Assembly (NCBI GenBank): GCA_030390025.1 | Contig: CM059432.1 | Coordinates: 89,344,001 to 89,408,000 of the forward strand | Origin: Squalus acanthias | Taxonomy: Eukaryota | DNA length: 64,000 bases | Direction of reading: 5' to 3' | In this document: positions 24,867-38,738 of the stretch, one piece after another | How the letters are laid out: each line of letters starts with the position of its first letter | How positions within the stretch are numbered: position 1 is the first letter of the stretch | The notes under the pieces: model-generated | Seen by the model: only the letters and a program-made list of their open reading frames with translations | Told to the model about the DNA's origin: nothing | Database searches by the model: none | Position numbers and translations under genes: made by a program

Positions 24867-25147
24867 GGGCTGGATTTTGTCTTGGGGTCGGGTTGGGGTC
24901 GTGTAATCCGCATTTCGTGTTTCCCCCCCGACTCCAGATGAATGTGGGTGCCTGATGCAATTTTCACTTAATTGGGCAATTGAGTTGGAGCATGTGGGAA
25001 CCCATGAACTAATTAGTGTTTTCAGTCTGAAAGTCGCCTCTGATGATGTCATCATTACTGACTGCCTAGTCTCAGATACTGTTGGTGAGAGAGGACCTGC
25101 CTGGCTTTTGATGTGAGTGGACCTGGATGCAAATATGGGGGTGGTAG

Positions 25148-25181
<34 letters not shown>

Positions 25182-25624
25182 ATTTTTTTTGCCAAGTAAG
25201 TCCTCCCAGGCAGTCATTCAATGCAACAGCATCAGAGGCAATGTTCAGACCTAACTACTACTACCACCTTCATCACATCTCTGTCGTAACAGTAGACTTG
25301 CAGCCGATAGTCAGCTATCCACTTGTGCTCCCGCCAGGTTTCACTGGAGTGTTTCACATCAGGCGTGCTTCACGTCAGAAGAGGGTTAAACTAGCTAAAA
25401 TGTGTCAAAATGGCATTACAGAGCCAATTTAGAGCTTGTTAAGGGCTTTAATGGCCTCTCCCGCCTCTTGAAGGCGGGACGGAGTCGGGAACCCCGCGAC
25501 TGATTATGTCAAAATTGCGTGGAGGCGGGATGGAGTCGGGATGGGGTCGGAAACCCCGACCCCACAAATTTAACCCCCCACACACCTCCAAACCCGACTC
25601 CATGGGTCATTCAAAATCCAGCCC
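24867..25624. mobile_element. Harbinger-type MITE, family B (758 bp), TSD AAA
   Basis: Perfect 13-bp TIR GGGCTGGATTTTG / CAAAATCCAGCCC flanked by AAA on both sides; internal (AG)n at ~25150-25180. Confidence 0.85.
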
Positions 25625-26589
25625 AAAGCCTCTGAGAACACAAAAGCCACTTCATTCCTCCTCCCTGCCCATCCCAATATTATACAATTAAAGGAAATCA
25701 CTGAGCACAACAACCAGTTTACAAACCAAATGATGGTTAGCACAGTGGCCCTCTCTATCCCCACACCTTACTGCTGATTATCACTGCGATTCCCCTGGTT
25801 GCCAGTATACAACTTCCTATGATATATTCTAATGTTACTTATAGGTACCATTTGAGGGTCAGTTTCATAAGAGATGGTTGGCACACAAACATGGATTAAA
25901 AGTCTCTTGAGACTGAGGTGGACTTTGTCTGATGACAGTCAATGTTTGGGATGGACCTAGTGAAGGCTGCATTTCTGTTTCTGCCTGGGCAGTTTGACCC
26001 AGTAGACCTGGTACTATCCTGAGAGAAGAGTATCATGTGAGTGAACTCCGGCTGTGTCACTGGTACTGGCACCAGCTTCGAGATGGCCATGAATCAGCGG
26101 CAAGGCTGACCAAATGATTCCTATCGAATTGTGGAAACGCTGAGAGATACCAACTTCAAACAATCGGAACCTACAATACAGAATTCTTCAAGTCTCTCTC
26201 CTTAGACCCAAGGGCTTCAGTCTGTGCATCACTTGATGAGGCACTCATTTGTCCTGGCCACTTATCCTGGGGGGGATGGTTGTAAATGTGCCTGGAACTG
26301 CCATACACTCTGGCAAAGAAGGACTTTGCTGATGCTGCACACAGGATGGCAGTTTGACTCCTGCCACCTGCTGCACATCCTGACAAATGGACCTCAGTGC
26401 CTGGATATAGATGTGTTTCTCACTAAACAGCCTTCCTTTCAGAACTGGGCTCATGACATCTGAGTCCACTAGCTCTTCAGCAGAGAAGTGCACTCTCCTA
26501 AACCTGCCCTTAGGACTGTTACTCTTAGAAATGTTGCTCCTTTGGCTCCCTCATGCTCTGTGACCCACTATCTTTCTCATCCCAGGTGA

Positions 26590-27466
26590 ATGTCTCTGAG
26601 TGGCTCGGTAGCACCACTACTGATGGAGTTGGCCGAGTCCTGAAGGACATAGCTGTCAGACTGGGCCTGCGGCAGGTGATGAGAGAACCAACACGAGGGA
26701 AAAACCTACTTGACCTCATCCTCACCAATCTACCTGTCGCAGAGGCATCTGACCATGACAGCATTGGTAGGAGTGACCACCGCACAATCCTTGTGGAGAC
26801 GAAGTCCCGTCTTCACACTGAGGACACCCTCCATCGTGTTGTGTGGCACTACCACCGTGCTAAATGGGATAGATTCAGAATAGATCTAGCCGCGCCAAGC
26901 TGTTCCAGTACAGAAACAACAAAGTGAAAAATTGCCAGATATGGCCTGTCCACAAAAAACAGGACAAATCTAATCCGGCCAATTACCACCCCTTCAGTCT
27001 ACTCTCAATCATCAGCGAAGTGATGGAAGGTGTCATCGACAGTACAATCAAGCGGCAATTACTCACCAATAGCTTGCTCACCAATGCTCAGTTTCGGTTC
27101 CGCTAGGACCACTCGGCTCCAGACCTCATTACAGCCTTGGTCCAAACATGGACAAAAGAGCTGAATTCCAGAGGTGAGGTGAGAGTGACTGCCCTTGACA
27201 TCAAGGCAGCATTTGACACCACCACCTCCAAGTTCCCCTCCAGGTCACACACCATCCTGACTTGGAAATATATTGCCATTCCTTCATCATCACTGGGTCA
27301 AAATCCTGGAACTCCAGAGCCTACCTAACAACACAATACCTTCACCACACGGACTGCAGTGGTTCAAGAAGGTGGCTCACCACTACATTCTCAAGGGCAA
27401 TTAGGGATGGGCAATAAATGCTGGCTTTGCCAGTGATGTCCACATCCCATGAATGAATTTTAAAAA
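26590..27466 (+). mobile_element. Internally deleted copy of the CR1/L2-group LINE (EN fragment, RT fragment, 3' tail)
   Basis: PTRGKNLLDLILTN...SDH, NYHPFSLLSII and ALDIKAAFD motifs, then a jump to the same 3' tail as 10613-10860. Confidence 0.85.
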
Positions 27467-27467
27467 A

Positions 27468-28470
27468 GGATGTGAGAAGGAGGATTAGGTATGAGGATAC
27501 CGTCATCTTGTATTGTTTCAGCCCTGCCACTGGCCACGTGCTCAATGATGGCAGCTCCAATTACCTCCAACACCATCTCCTTCATGGGAGTTAGTTCATG
27601 CAGGCAAGCCTATCTCCCTGCAAGTAGCTCCTGCTGCCGCCGGTTGTGAGCCACCTTAACCTGCAAGAGAAAGGGAAGTTTCTCAGTGAGTTTGGTGCAA
27701 TGTGCTTGGGTGATGTGCCTGTCATGGTTGAATAGTTGGCAGTGTGTGAAAGCTGTGAGATGTGGGTGTGAGGCTTGCAGCAGTGGTAAGTGTGTGAGGG
27801 TGAGGTGAAGCTATGAATGTGAGGTCTAAGTCATGTTTGACAGAGATTGTTGGTAGGTGAGTGATGGGGGTGTGGTGCATTGAGCAGTGTATGAGGCTAG
27901 TGGTGTAGATGGTGGGATATGGCATTTGAAGATGAATTTACTGACCTTGACCACTCGTATGAGGTCATTAAACTTCTTCCTGCACTGCATCCATGTCCTC
28001 GGGGCTACACTGCTTACATTGATAGCAACAGCTATCAGCTCCCATTCCCTTTTCAGCATGTGTCTGGAGGGCCTCCTGGCCCCCTGTGGCTAGAGAACAC
28101 CTCTCCTCCTGTCCACCTCCTGCACCAGGACCTCGAGTACTGCATCTGAAAATCTGGGAGCCCTCTCACTGCCATGTTGCGCCATCTTCACGCTCCCTGT
28201 AGGTCACACACTCCTCTAAGAACGACTTCCAGTACCTGCTGCAGCCAGAATGCACCTCCCCTTTAAGAGGTACAGGCTGACTTTATGAAGTACAGGCTAG
28301 CTATAATTGGTGCTAGCCTCACACAAACTTGGCCACCTGCTAAGGCGTGCAGCCACTCACAGTGCGTTTAGCAAAGGGCTGCACATGCTGTCATTTAAAT
28401 TAGCAGGCAGCCCGAAGTTTGCGTGCTGCCTGCATTGGAACAAACAGTCGCCCGTTTTCGGGCCTTATCC
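27468..28470 (-). mobile_element. Harbinger remnant carrying Myb/SANT-like (MADF-type) gene exons; probably continues at ~26100-26590
   Basis: WELIAVAINVSSVAPRTWMQCRKKFNDLIRVVK (27940-28060); homologous to 12600-13150 and 41640-42330. Confidence 0.82.
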
Positions 28471-31400
28471 AATGTGTACTATCATCTGATATAGCACCAA
28501 CATGCTGCTTAGGCTGGAAATGTGAACCAGAATCATCTGTTGAACATGTTTTCAGGTTAAAAAAATGTTAACAGTAACATTTTTTATGTTATAATCTTTC
28601 TAACTTTTAGTATAATGATTTACATCCATTCATATATTGTAATACTTTTGAAACTTTTATATTACAGAGCTTTAATTCACAAAGCAGATAAACCATGATA
28701 ATGATGACATACTTCATAAAGCCTTCCACTTAAGGCATCTTTATTGTTCATAACTGTTATAATTGCTGCTTTATTACATTAGTCCATTGTGCAGTATAAT
28801 TTCCTGTTATTAATGTAATGTAGGTTAAATAACAATCTAATAACAATTCAGAGTGTGTTGTAGATCGCTTTTAGCTAATGTGCTATTTTATGAGATGGGT
28901 TAGCCATCTTTTTCAAATGAAAGTGAATCTGAATACTCTTCATGGTAATGTGCCTTAAGCTTGTACTATGTTTCTTGCTAGTCTTCACTTGCCAGTACCT
29001 GTAGTGACCAACAGCAGAACTAGATCAATCCCTGTCAGGCCAGTAATTGAGCACTTCCCTAATTTATAAGGCAGCTTTTCCATTAACAACAAAATCTTCA
29101 GAATTAAATAAAAAACAGACCTTCACAAGTGCTGCTGCATAGGTGAAAAAGGAGAGAAAAAAAAGAAGTGATAAATTGGTGCCCCCCTCTCTGGGTCTGA
29201 CTTTGAAAAATAAGGTCTTCAAGTTTCAGGTCTCATTCTGACAACAATTAAGAACAGTGAAATAAATAGGCCACAATCTTTCTTTATGACATAATGTGTA
29301 AAAGCTACTCCACATATAAATGGTTCATTAAAGCTAATATAATTGGAAGCATATAATGTGTATTATTAAAGAAACTGCTTGGTAGCTTTTTAAGTGCAGC
29401 GTGCATTAGACAAGCATTAGTCAAAACTGTGTGACATGTTTTGCAATAGTCTCCTTTTTCTGTTTTTTAAGGGCTCCAGTTCATTGTGCAATAAATTGGT
29501 ATGCCATAATCCACCACGTAGTGTTGACTCTGATGATTTTAGGTTAACAGCATTTTACTTAACCAATCAGCAGCTTGAAAACAATGGCACAAACACAAGC
29601 TTCCCTGGATGCCATAGTGTAAATGTATTAGTTGTACTAAGAGACCCACTCCTGATATAATTATGTTAGGAACCAATAAGACAGTTCAGAAATCAATATG
29701 CTAAGACAGATAGAGTAAAGAACTATGGCTGGCAAACAGGGAATAGATTAGTCTGGCAGGTACCTCACCCAGTTATGAGGTACAGGAGACTCTTTACTAC
29801 TATAGGGGGGGGGGGGGGTGCAATTAATAGCATATTTTTCAAACAAGGAGAATGGAACTGAAAGTTGACTTGATTATTATTCATATTGAACAATATATGC
29901 ATGTGTTAAAAATAAACCTGCTTCAACAAGGTCTTTTGCATGTTTTGCCTTTGTTTTAGAGAATACAAGCATATAGATAAAGGAGACAAATTTTAGGAAT
30001 CCTCAATGCAGATTTACGATAACTACTTTTTAAATGTAGCTTTGTGAAAACAAACATAACATTAGATTATGTTTTATGGATCCTTTTCTATTATACTTAT
30101 GAGTTTATTTTTTAATCATCCACTACTCTACATGTACAACCTTCCTAATCTGAATATTGTTTTTCCCCTTGCAGCATATAACCTACTGCATGGCATGAAT
30201 TACAATAGAATAGATCAAAAATAGTCTTTATAAGTGTGTAAAAGCTCATCTTTGTTGATCAGCTATGCTTAGGCTTAGCTGCTACCCCCAACCCAACCCC
30301 ATCTCCTTTTAATGATAAACCTGTCATGCTATTGTTTCGCGAATAACTATGCCCATAAAACAAAAGGCAAGGCCTAATGTGGAAATTATTTTTGTAAAAA
30401 GAGAAAAAGCCAAAGCCAGTCCTTTGTGAGCACAGCGTGCCACATTTACTCATGTCCAATCAAGCTTCACATAACTGCCGTGAACAAAAGCAGCCATCAA
30501 GCAGGGACAAAGTCAGAGACATAAGTGGTTAGAATGAGTGTGCAATTTCTGCCCATATGACTATCCTGACACAATTGCTCTAATTTTCTTTCCAGAAATG
30601 ACTGATAAAAGACTTGGGTAATTGCTATGGAGACAGACTTCCTTCCATCAAGGGCTATCTCAAATAATACAGCCTCAGGGTCATAAGATGGCGTGTCAGT
30701 TTCTGCAAAGTCCTAAATTAATACTTGTCCCTGCTTCAGCTATACTTCCTGTACATCTAATTAAGTGAACGTAATTTATCTTGACAATGTATCGGAAATC
30801 ACTCGATCAAGTCAGTATTCAGTAATGATCACGGAACACAAAAACATGACACTGTGCTGAAAATGAGAATACATCAGGGTACATGTTTAGTCATATGCAT
30901 GAATCTTTGTACTAATGATTATTTTCCGTTACTAAAGCACTTTTAAACCTGCAGATAAACAAAATATTTTTTGCAATACAACGCATGCTAATCCAAGGCA
31001 GTGTTAAAAAAAAACAGCCTGCAGTGACGCCTCCTTTCGACCTGTGTCCATTCAACTCATGACCTTGTCCTCTGTAATCAAACTTAATTTAGCCAGCTGA
31101 TCTCTGTATCCCCAGTATTGAGCAGTGTTCACAAGTAAATTCAGAGGAGCCACCAACAAGCTAGTGATTAGAAAGACCCTTGAAAGCACTGCACGTCAGC
31201 ACAGAGCTGACACATGGGGCAAATTAGGGCCTCAGACCACAAAGGTCCATTATTTAGATGTAGTGAAAACCTATACTGCAACATTATACATCCTAGCAGA
31301 ATTATCCTAATAAAGCTGCTGAATAATATATAATTACTACAATGAACACGATACATAAAACACAAAATGAAGGCAGTTACTGTAAATGTCAAGTTTACCC

Positions 31401-34124
31401 AATTAGTCCTAGAATTAAAGAATCTCACAAGTTAGAACAATTATTGTATACTGATGACTGCATTATTCAGGAAAGATGTATTTTGGTTCTCAGTTTGTCT
31501 CTATGGTTTTATACACTTCTTGTCACATTCCCAGCTGGCCATGCCCTTTCAATAAAGGATTTCAGAGCTATGCAACTCACCTCTATCTGCCTTATCAAAA
31601 ATTGTGTGAAACTTTTACAAGGTATCTTGGTCCATAACAGGGACAGTCTTAAAGGTGTTATTCTGTGCTTAAGTACAGTCAAGGCGCAAGATAGTGGATA
31701 ATACACAGTAATGGGTTAATCAATACTTATTATGGTTTTATTGGTTCACTAAAGAGAGAACAGAACCTGGTGAGCATAGAGTAGGGAAAAAAATCACTGC
31801 ATCTGATCTAGATAACGTCTATGCTCCCTAAGGGATTTCCCTATTCAAGAATCCAATTTACCATGCCTGATTGACAAGGATTGGATCCTGGGGAATCACA
31901 TAACTCTTTTAGGAGCTAATAAAACCCTAATGGATTTGTCCAACTGTTCAGCAGATTTCAAGTTTTACTAAACTGTGGTGGTTTGTGACGATTAGCCTTT
32001 GTTCCCTGTCATAATGAGAAAACAGGACTATTAAGATTTGTTTTCCCTATAAAAGCCTAAACCCTAGCCATGCAATCCATCTCTGCTACACTGGTCTAAA
32101 GATAATATTTGTACTTGGTAGGTGAGTTATGAAATCATGTTTTCGTATGTATAAGGAAAAGGCAGAATGATTAGAGATGCAGTTCACTTTAGTTTACAAA
32201 GCCCACTCCACTCTTCAAATGAGCTGCATGATTTTTTGCCACTACACCAAGTTAGCAGTGTAGTTGTATGATGAACTAAACTTCCAATATGGATCAAGCA
32301 TCCCTTCATTTATTTTTAATTATTGTCGTTAATGTAGCTGCCCGTTACACATAATATAGTCACTCTGTATCTGTCTGCTTCACACTGGGTTTCAGAGTAA
32401 CTATTGACAGGATTATTCGGATTCTTTCTTACGTCTTAAGAAAATCCTCCAGCTAATAGTTAAGCCTGTAGTGTTGGCCCACAGAAAGTGTTAAAGGAGC
32501 TTTTCTGTTGTCTGCATTCACTTATATAATCAGAAACCCATTTTCACTCTGTGGCAATTATCTGCACCTCGGATCAAAAGACAGATTCTGCTTTAGCCTG
32601 CTCATAGATGCCTTCAGATCAATTTAAGATCATAGGAAACAAAATATTATCAGAAATATTGTCTGAAAACAAATACCTGTTCAGTAACAACTGAAGCTAA
32701 CAAAAAAAATGGTGACCTTTTTTTCTGGGTTTTACTTTACTAACCATTGTTTCAAGACTATGTACTTTTACCTTTTAATGACCTTGGACTTTTACATTTT
32801 ATAAGACTACAGCAGCGTGGATGAGATAATTGGCAAAATCCCCTGTGGCATTTTTTTGCTGGCTGTGACCCTTGTGGGCTTCTGATACCTTTGAGTTCAT
32901 TGTGAGAGGTATTAGGAAGAATACTTACATTACATATTTTAAGCTCCAAGGTTAGGATCTTCAAACTGTGTGTTCGCATGTGCATGTTTTTGTGCATTGA
33001 CTGGGGGGGACGGGGGGACGAGAGGGGTCACACAACAAGATGAGAAAGACTGAAACCTCAGGTGCTTTGAGATACAGCTAATTAAAATGATAATTAAAGT
33101 TATTATCTTACCTGTTTATTCAAGGGCACATGGACATCTAATGGGAACAAATCAAGAAAGAAAGGCTTCCTGTCAATTAGTCCTAAAGAATTCACAAAAT
33201 AATCAAGGAGGTGAGGGGCTCAGATTACAGCACTGCACAATAACAAAAAACAGTAATTCAGCACCTCTTCCTTTTCTTGGAAACAACCCAAAGGTACGGG
33301 AGAGGAAAGACAAGAAGATTACCTGTGTAACTTGATCTTAAGAGTACCAGAGAATAATGGTGTTCTCCCTGATCCCTGTCTATGGTAGAACCTGCTGCCA
33401 ACAAAAGATGTGTCCAGTACAAATATAGGCCTGTCAAGCGAGGAACAACAAAAGTCTTCAGCCTCTTGTCACAGATCCTGACAGTACAGTGTAGTCCAGA
33501 GAAAGAGGGCAGAAACGTGACTCCATTGTGGTCTTTGCATCGCTCCCCAGACCTTGTCTTAGCGAAATGGCATGACGTGACTGGCACTACTTTCACTGAG
33601 ATGCAATTTTGGGCTGACAGTAGATTGGAAACATCCTTTTGTTGATCATTTTCTCAGACAATGCTCCTCCATTAAAACAGTGGATGAAGAACAATGACAG
33701 TGCCTCTCAAAAACATGAAGAGATCAGATCAAAATAATACATCATTAAAGCCGTATGTTAGGTGCATACAGTTTAGTGACAATGCGTTGGCAGTACAACA
33801 AATGCTGCCTTATACAGACAGGAAGAAGATCACATAAAATGAATTGATTTTTAACATGTTTCAGCCATCTTACAAAGCGTGTATTTTATGGATGACTTAA
33901 GTCGGGTTATGAGCAACAACAAAAAATTCTAAACTGTCAGTAGAGACCTCAAACTTAAAATTATCCTAATAAACTAGTAACTAAACTAGTAACTTAGTAA
34001 GTAACCAACAATTAAAATAATGTGCAATGAACTGCTGAGAACCTAAAGGTTGCAGCTTGAGGCTTTGTTTTCATCTGGTGCTTTGTACCTGCTGCACTGC
34101 TGATTCTCTATCTGAAAACTTGTT

Positions 34125-34830
34125 GGGCTAGAAATTGCTGGCAAAATAATAGTGAGTTTAATGGCGCACGCTGTTATCAGTGTGTAAATCATCTAGCAAC
34201 TTGTGGCGAGGAAGAGATACCCCTTGAGTTGCAAATCACCACAAATTGCTGGATGATTTGCGCCACTCCGCTGTTAGCCTCGCAAAAATGGCAGGTCGCA
34301 CTCAACCTCCCCATGTGTTTCAAGAAATTACTGCATGTGCGCATTAATTACCAATTAACCTCACCGCCGAAAGTTAGGGCTGGTATTTAACAGTGTAAGG
34401 ACCATTTTAATAAGGAGATATATGTTCCTGCAATGCCAGTCAACCGCTCCAGCCCAGAAAGGGAACAATTTAAACTGTGGAGTCTCATTCCTGCATGTAG
34501 TAAATTGTTCTTAGAGATTTTTTAAATTTAAAATTTTTTAACTTTTTATTACTTTTCCTATCTATCTCTTTTTTCTCCCTCTTAATCCAATCTTCTTTTC
34601 CCTCTCTATTTCTCTTTCTGTACCTGATTTGACATTGAATTCATTCTATTTTCTTCTCCATTGTTTCTGTTTCTTTCCCAATCCTTAAACCTCATTGGTT
34701 AAAGAGATACTGTTGGTTCACCAAGATCCCAGATGCCTTGTTCCCCTCGCTCGCACTTGCAGTAATTTGGGGCAGAAATTTTTTTTGAGTTGGAGGGTGA
34801 GGGAAAAAGTCTAACTAACTTGGTGTAATT
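34125..34830. mobile_element. Old Harbinger-type MITE (right end uncertain)
   Basis: Starts with the TIR-like GGGCTAGAAATT and has the same layout as family A (GC-rich ends, AT-rich core). Confidence 0.5.
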
Positions 34831-36189
34831 CTTTTTCAGGTGATGCACTTTTAAGAAAAAATGTCAGATTATCTATGTTGTGCACTTCAGGTTTGCTGTG
34901 TAATGTAGATTTTCCACAAAATAATTTTGTTTTAGGCTTAGCACAAACTGTAATATTTGATCCTGCAATATTGATACATTTTTGCAGATTCTACAAGGTA
35001 CCACATACTAGCTGTTACACGCTATGTAAAAATTAAGTAGAACTTGCAAGAGAATAGAGATATGTCAAAAGGATTTCCTTGTGGTTTCATACGATACATG
35101 TAGATCTTGGTAAACAAAGTGATGGTACAGAAGTATAGTTCTTTAAATCAGACACTAATCATACTTAAAGACAATATATGACTTAATATTTTTAATTAAC
35201 TTCTAACTGTGGTACTATAGTCAAGAGATCTTTAACTGTGGTATCATGGTTCTGGTGAATATTTATCAGACTCGTGAGCCTAGAAATTTGATGGTGCCAT
35301 GCCCGTTTTTGAGGCACAAAACATGTGCCTAAGCATCCACATATGGTGAGTGGGGTGCACACGCTAATTACATGCTGGAAGAGCACCGCCCATCATATTG
35401 GTGAAGACAGAAAAAAAGACATCCAGGGCTTGTGCCTGAAACAGGCATTAGGCCCTTTGCACTTGCAAAAAAGGGCTTCACGCCTGTTTGAGACCCCCAT
35501 GCCCTTAACGCAGCCTGCAATGGATCACCTGTGTTCAAGAAAACATGGTCTACATCTCGCCTAACCAATCTCCTTAGAGAGACCGCTGGAGGCCACCACC
35601 AAAAAGGTGCCTTTTTGTAATACTTACCAGAATGTGGAGCTGGGAGGAGTAGGAGAGCATGAGGAGCTCTTAAAGGGGCAGAGGTGATTTTGTGTCATTT
35701 ATTTTCATTGTCTCCCTGGTGCTTTAGTGCTGGTGGCTTTGTTTTATTGTTTCAGTATCATTTTATTTTTTTTATTTTTTGTTTTTTCAGGGGATGTTTA
35801 TGTAGAAAAAAAAATAAAAAGGAACATTATCTGAAAAATCACTGGAAAGCAACCTGCAATTGAAACATCAACTTGTTTTACATTTCTAACAGAAAGGTTG
35901 TAAAAGATGAGTAAATATGAAAAGGGGCTTTCACAATACAAGCTTTCACTGCAGCTCTGGGAGTGACAAGCTACTTATCTAAGCTGTCCTGTACTGGTTG
36001 ACATATCAATGTAAAATTAATAATAGGGGATGCTTCTGAAGTGATCTAAATACTGTATTACATGATTGAAGGTACGTCAGGGAGATCAGCTGGCACTAGT
36101 GCTGGACTGTTCACCCCCACCGTCATATCACCAAATGTATCTGCTGGCTCTGGCGCACCTGCCTGGCCATGACCAAGAGTAGCTCCCAG

Positions 36190-38738
36190 TCAGTACGGAA
36201 GCAATTTCAGAGTGGTAGCACCTACTGCAAGGGCACCTACAGCCAACATGCAACATAGGAAGCTCCTCACCCAGTGGAAGAAGAAGAGAGAGATAATGAA
36301 GCTGCACCGTCACTTGATCTTACTCTGGCAGCCTCCAGCTCAGAGACTGACTTTACAAGCTAGGATAGAGCAGAGACCTGCACGTGGTGAGTCACCGGGC
36401 ACAAGTGCGCAGGAGCCAGGGCAGGGGGACAAGGATGCCACAGGTGTCAGCTTGCTGGAGAGCAAGGTCACATACTTGTTCTGCTGCAGAGGACTCAGAT
36501 GGTGACTTCAATGGGCTAGGCTACAGAAGAAGGTTGATGGGCATACATCATGAAATGCTTGGTGCACTGGGAATTCTGCCGGGAAGTTTGCGCACAATAT
36601 CAAGGAGCATGGAGGAGTCCAGCTCCAACTTGGCACAGGGCTTTGTGCAGGGTTTGGAGTCCATCCTTTCCAACGTGGAATGGGTGGTCACTTTGATTAG
36701 CACAGCTGAGTAACCCACCAAGATGGAGTGCTTGTTGACCAATCTGACAGCTTCCATCGCTGCACAAAATGCTGCCATGGAAATTCAGACTGCTGCCATC
36801 ATGGCTGTGGGTGCCACGGTTCATAGGGGCTGCCAGGGCATCACAGCAGTCCATCAATCTGTTCTCCAACAGATCACTAGGATTGCTGAGGTGTTGCCCT
36901 GGGAGAGTGGCAGTGGCTCCATGGAACACGAACCTGCTGTTGTCTCTCAGGATGACAGCACACCTGCTTCCACCCCTGCCACTCCATCAGTGCCCTTACT
37001 GTTGCCTGTCAGCCAGCCAGCCCAGACTGCTGCAGCCCATGGTGATAAGGTGACATCTACAGCTGGATCCTCTAGGCCCAGAGCTGCTCAGTATCATCCT
37101 CCAAGGCCATCTGCGGTCTTCTCAATTGAAGGTCAGCAGCCTTCCACCTCTCATGCTCCAGCTACTGGGGAAGCAGCTCATATGAGCAGCAAGTTAAGCA
37201 AAGGCACATGGAAGAAGGGCACTAAGGGAATGCACAATGGTGATTAGTTTCATTTTGTATATAATGTGCAAAGATTAATTTGATAAATTTTGATTTGCTT
37301 TTGCATTTGATATTGTTTTTTATATCTGCAGTCAAGTGAGGGAGGCACCAATAAGTGTTGACAGAAAGAAGATGATTTGATGGCTACTAAGAGAGGAAAG
37401 GTAAGGAGTGTGGGGCTGCTGGTGAATGGGGAGGTGTAGCTGAGGTTAGTGGAAGCGCTCCTCAATGAGCTGATCTCGTAAAACCCTGGCAGAAAGGGGC
37501 TGTCTAGGTTGCAGCCTCTTTCTCCTCCTCTTCCTCTGCATCCACCTGTTCTGCCTCCTCTTACTCCTCCTCCTCAGCTTGTCGGCTGACAGGTGGTGGC
37601 AAGGGCTATTCCCTCATGATGGCATGCAGCACATGACCACAAATCTGGATACTCACTCAGCTGAGTACTGTAGGGCTCCTCCTGAACCATCCAGGAAGCA
37701 TAAGCATTGTTTGAGGATGCCGATGGTGTACTCTATGATGTTCCTTGTGGCAGCATAGCGCTCATTGTACTCCTACTGTGCAGGTGTACGCAGGTTCCTG
37801 ACCGGAGTCATGAGCCATGTCAGGAGGGGATAACCTTTGTTGCCCAATTGCCAGCCTTTGACCTGGAGGGCTAGTTGGAATATAGGAGGCACAATGGACT
37901 ACCGTAGAATGAAGGTGTCATGATTGCTGCCAGGATAGCGGGCACAGATCTGCATGACGCATTGCCTGTGGTCAAAAACCAGCTGTATATTGATTGAGTG
38001 GAATCCCTTTCTATTGATGAAGATTGCAAAGTTCTCATGAAGAGCCCGCAATGCAATGAGCAGGCAGTCAATGGCACTTTGCACCGTGAGGAAGCCTGCA
38101 ATGTGGGTGAAACCTCATCCTCCCTCCTCCTGCTTATCTTTGGCCATTGAGAAGCAGATGCAAGTATTTCTCTTGGTATAGAGAGCCTCAGTGTCCTCCT
38201 TGATACAGCAGAGCACTGCAAACTGGGAGATGTTGCTAATATCTCCAGTTGAAGCCTAAAATGAGGCCATTGCATAGAAGTTTAGAACAGCAGTTACCTT
38301 GACAGCCACAGGCAGTGCTGTCCTTGCCCTGCTTTGAGGCTGCAGTTGTGGCTGCAGCAGCTGACAGATCTCAGTGACAACCTTCTTGTTGAAGCTCGTC
38401 CTGCTCTGCGTGGCCTCTCTTCATTCTCCCAGTCATGTTCAATTCCCAGAGGTAGCCCGACCAGACCGCCCATGTCTGGAGGCAAATCATTTGTGCAGTA
38501 GATAATAGCCACAGGAGTGCAAGAGCAGCCGGACCTCTCTCTCTGTAAATTGCCGAATCTTTCAATAGCCCTAGAAGTAACTAGAATATCAAGCAGCAGC
38601 CAAAAGTAATAATCCAGCATTTGCCTGTGGCTCCTGCATGATCCCTTTAAATAGTGCTGGTGGGGAGACACCATTTTCGGACCTCAGGTCACCGTGTAGC
38701 ACTTAAAAAACGGGCGCGAAATGGCAAAATTTAACCCC
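36190..38738. mobile_element. Decayed autonomous-type Harbinger with convergent Myb-partner (+, ~36200-37247) and transposase (-, ~37440-38450) remnants
   Basis: AIDC...NRKGFHSINIQLVFD...ARYPGSNHDTFIL on the minus strand. The plus strand is homologous to 42330-42740 (YRRRLMGIHHEMLGAL). Terminal AAATTTAACCCC at 38727-38738. Confidence 0.85.

Noticed and set aside
35276..35300. GCCTAGAAATTTG as the left TIR of the 36190-38738 Harbinger
   Set aside because: It does not match the right terminus (GGGGTTAAATTTTG on minus). It is probably the end of a separate old element, like other unpaired TIR-like starts at ~40010, ~45333 and ~50551.
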